The notes under the pieces are model-generated. The model worked only from the letters and a program-made list of their open reading frames with translations. It was not told where the DNA came from and searched no databases. A stretch of 58,057 nt of DNA. It comes from a virus. Positions 57,947-58,057 of this stretch are shown in pieces. Every line of letters starts with the position of its first letter. The stretch's first letter is position 1. The stretch is taken from IMG/VR virus record IMGVR_UViG_3300018914_000025, one strand, 5' to 3'. The position numbers and the translations under genes were made by a program.

Positions 57947-58057
57947 GTATCTATGGACTTAGCCCATTCAATTTCCCTCCTAACTATTGTGTTTCGTCCA
58001 CAATTCCAGCACATCCGTCACAAACATCATCCTGAGCAGCGCTATCGTCGAACTCAT
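57931..58057. repeat. Terminal direct repeat copy 2 (identical to 1..127)
   Basis: Direct comparison with bases 1-127. Confidence 0.95.

Noticed and set aside
57931-58057. The 127-bp terminal repeat considered as a biological direct terminal repeat or LTR of a mobile element.
   Set aside because: The exact duplication confined to the window ends is most simply an assembly overlap of a circular or permuted molecule. Small ORFs read through it, and no cos- or pac-like features were seen. It is left open to read-terminus analysis.
1-58057. Looked for tRNA, rRNA and tmRNA genes, reverse transcriptase/DGR, toxin-antitoxin pairs of known types, and CBASS/retron/restriction-type defence genes.
   Set aside because: Nothing recognisable by eye. 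A tRNA scan and a defence-system HMM scan would be needed to exclude small or divergent examples.

Overview
The window is a complete, circularly closed replicon. Bases 1-127 repeat exactly at 57931-58057, so the unique length is 57,930 bp. It reads as a temperate, contractile-tailed phage of a Gram-positive, probably Bacillales-like, host. The host guess is inferred from PBSX-like gene order, XhlA/holin/M23 lysis genes, a YolD-like gene and peptide-signalling gene types.

Layout, with almost all genes on the minus strand:
- 0.2-19.8 kb: early and DNA-metabolism arm. It holds C5 and N6 DNA methyltransferases, a family A DNA polymerase, a phage sigma factor, an AEP-primase/MCM-like helicase fusion, an SF2 helicase, a nuclease, SbcD and a split SbcC.
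- 19.9-23.7 kb: regulatory island. It holds a divergent cro/cI-like XRE pair, an RRNPP-type receptor with an unannotated secreted pro-peptide, a LytTR response regulator and another XRE gene.
- 23.7-31.4 kb: plasmid-like maintenance block. It holds an AT-rich element with a DnaA-box cluster, an initiator-like gene carrying internal 21-bp iterons, an FtsK/SpoIIIE plus replication-relaxation pair, ParM/ParR-like partition genes and an AgrC-like histidine kinase.
- 31.4-56.5 kb: accessory, lysis, tail, head and packaging genes in PBSX-like order. These include a MuF-type head protein with an extra C-terminal domain and a candidate immunity gene, and a small serine recombinase plus HNH endonuclease between terS and terL.

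No tyrosine or large-serine integrase, tRNA, rRNA or CRISPR array was seen. With the partition and origin features, this suggests an episomal phage-plasmid lifestyle (inference).

Most notable signals:
- The peptide-communication cassette. Its receptor is followed by a 50-aa pro-peptide carrying two QEGPGW copies.
- A second, ligand-less Agr-like two-component system split across two loci.
- A GPG[WY]-repeat protein that echoes the peptide motif.
- A GATAC-N5-GTATC palindrome recurring at least nine times, confined to the early/regulatory arm.
- A ~180-bp imperfect inverted-repeat pair, each copy with a ~70-bp almost pure A/T tract.

All functional calls rest on motifs read by eye and on synteny. 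No database search was run.
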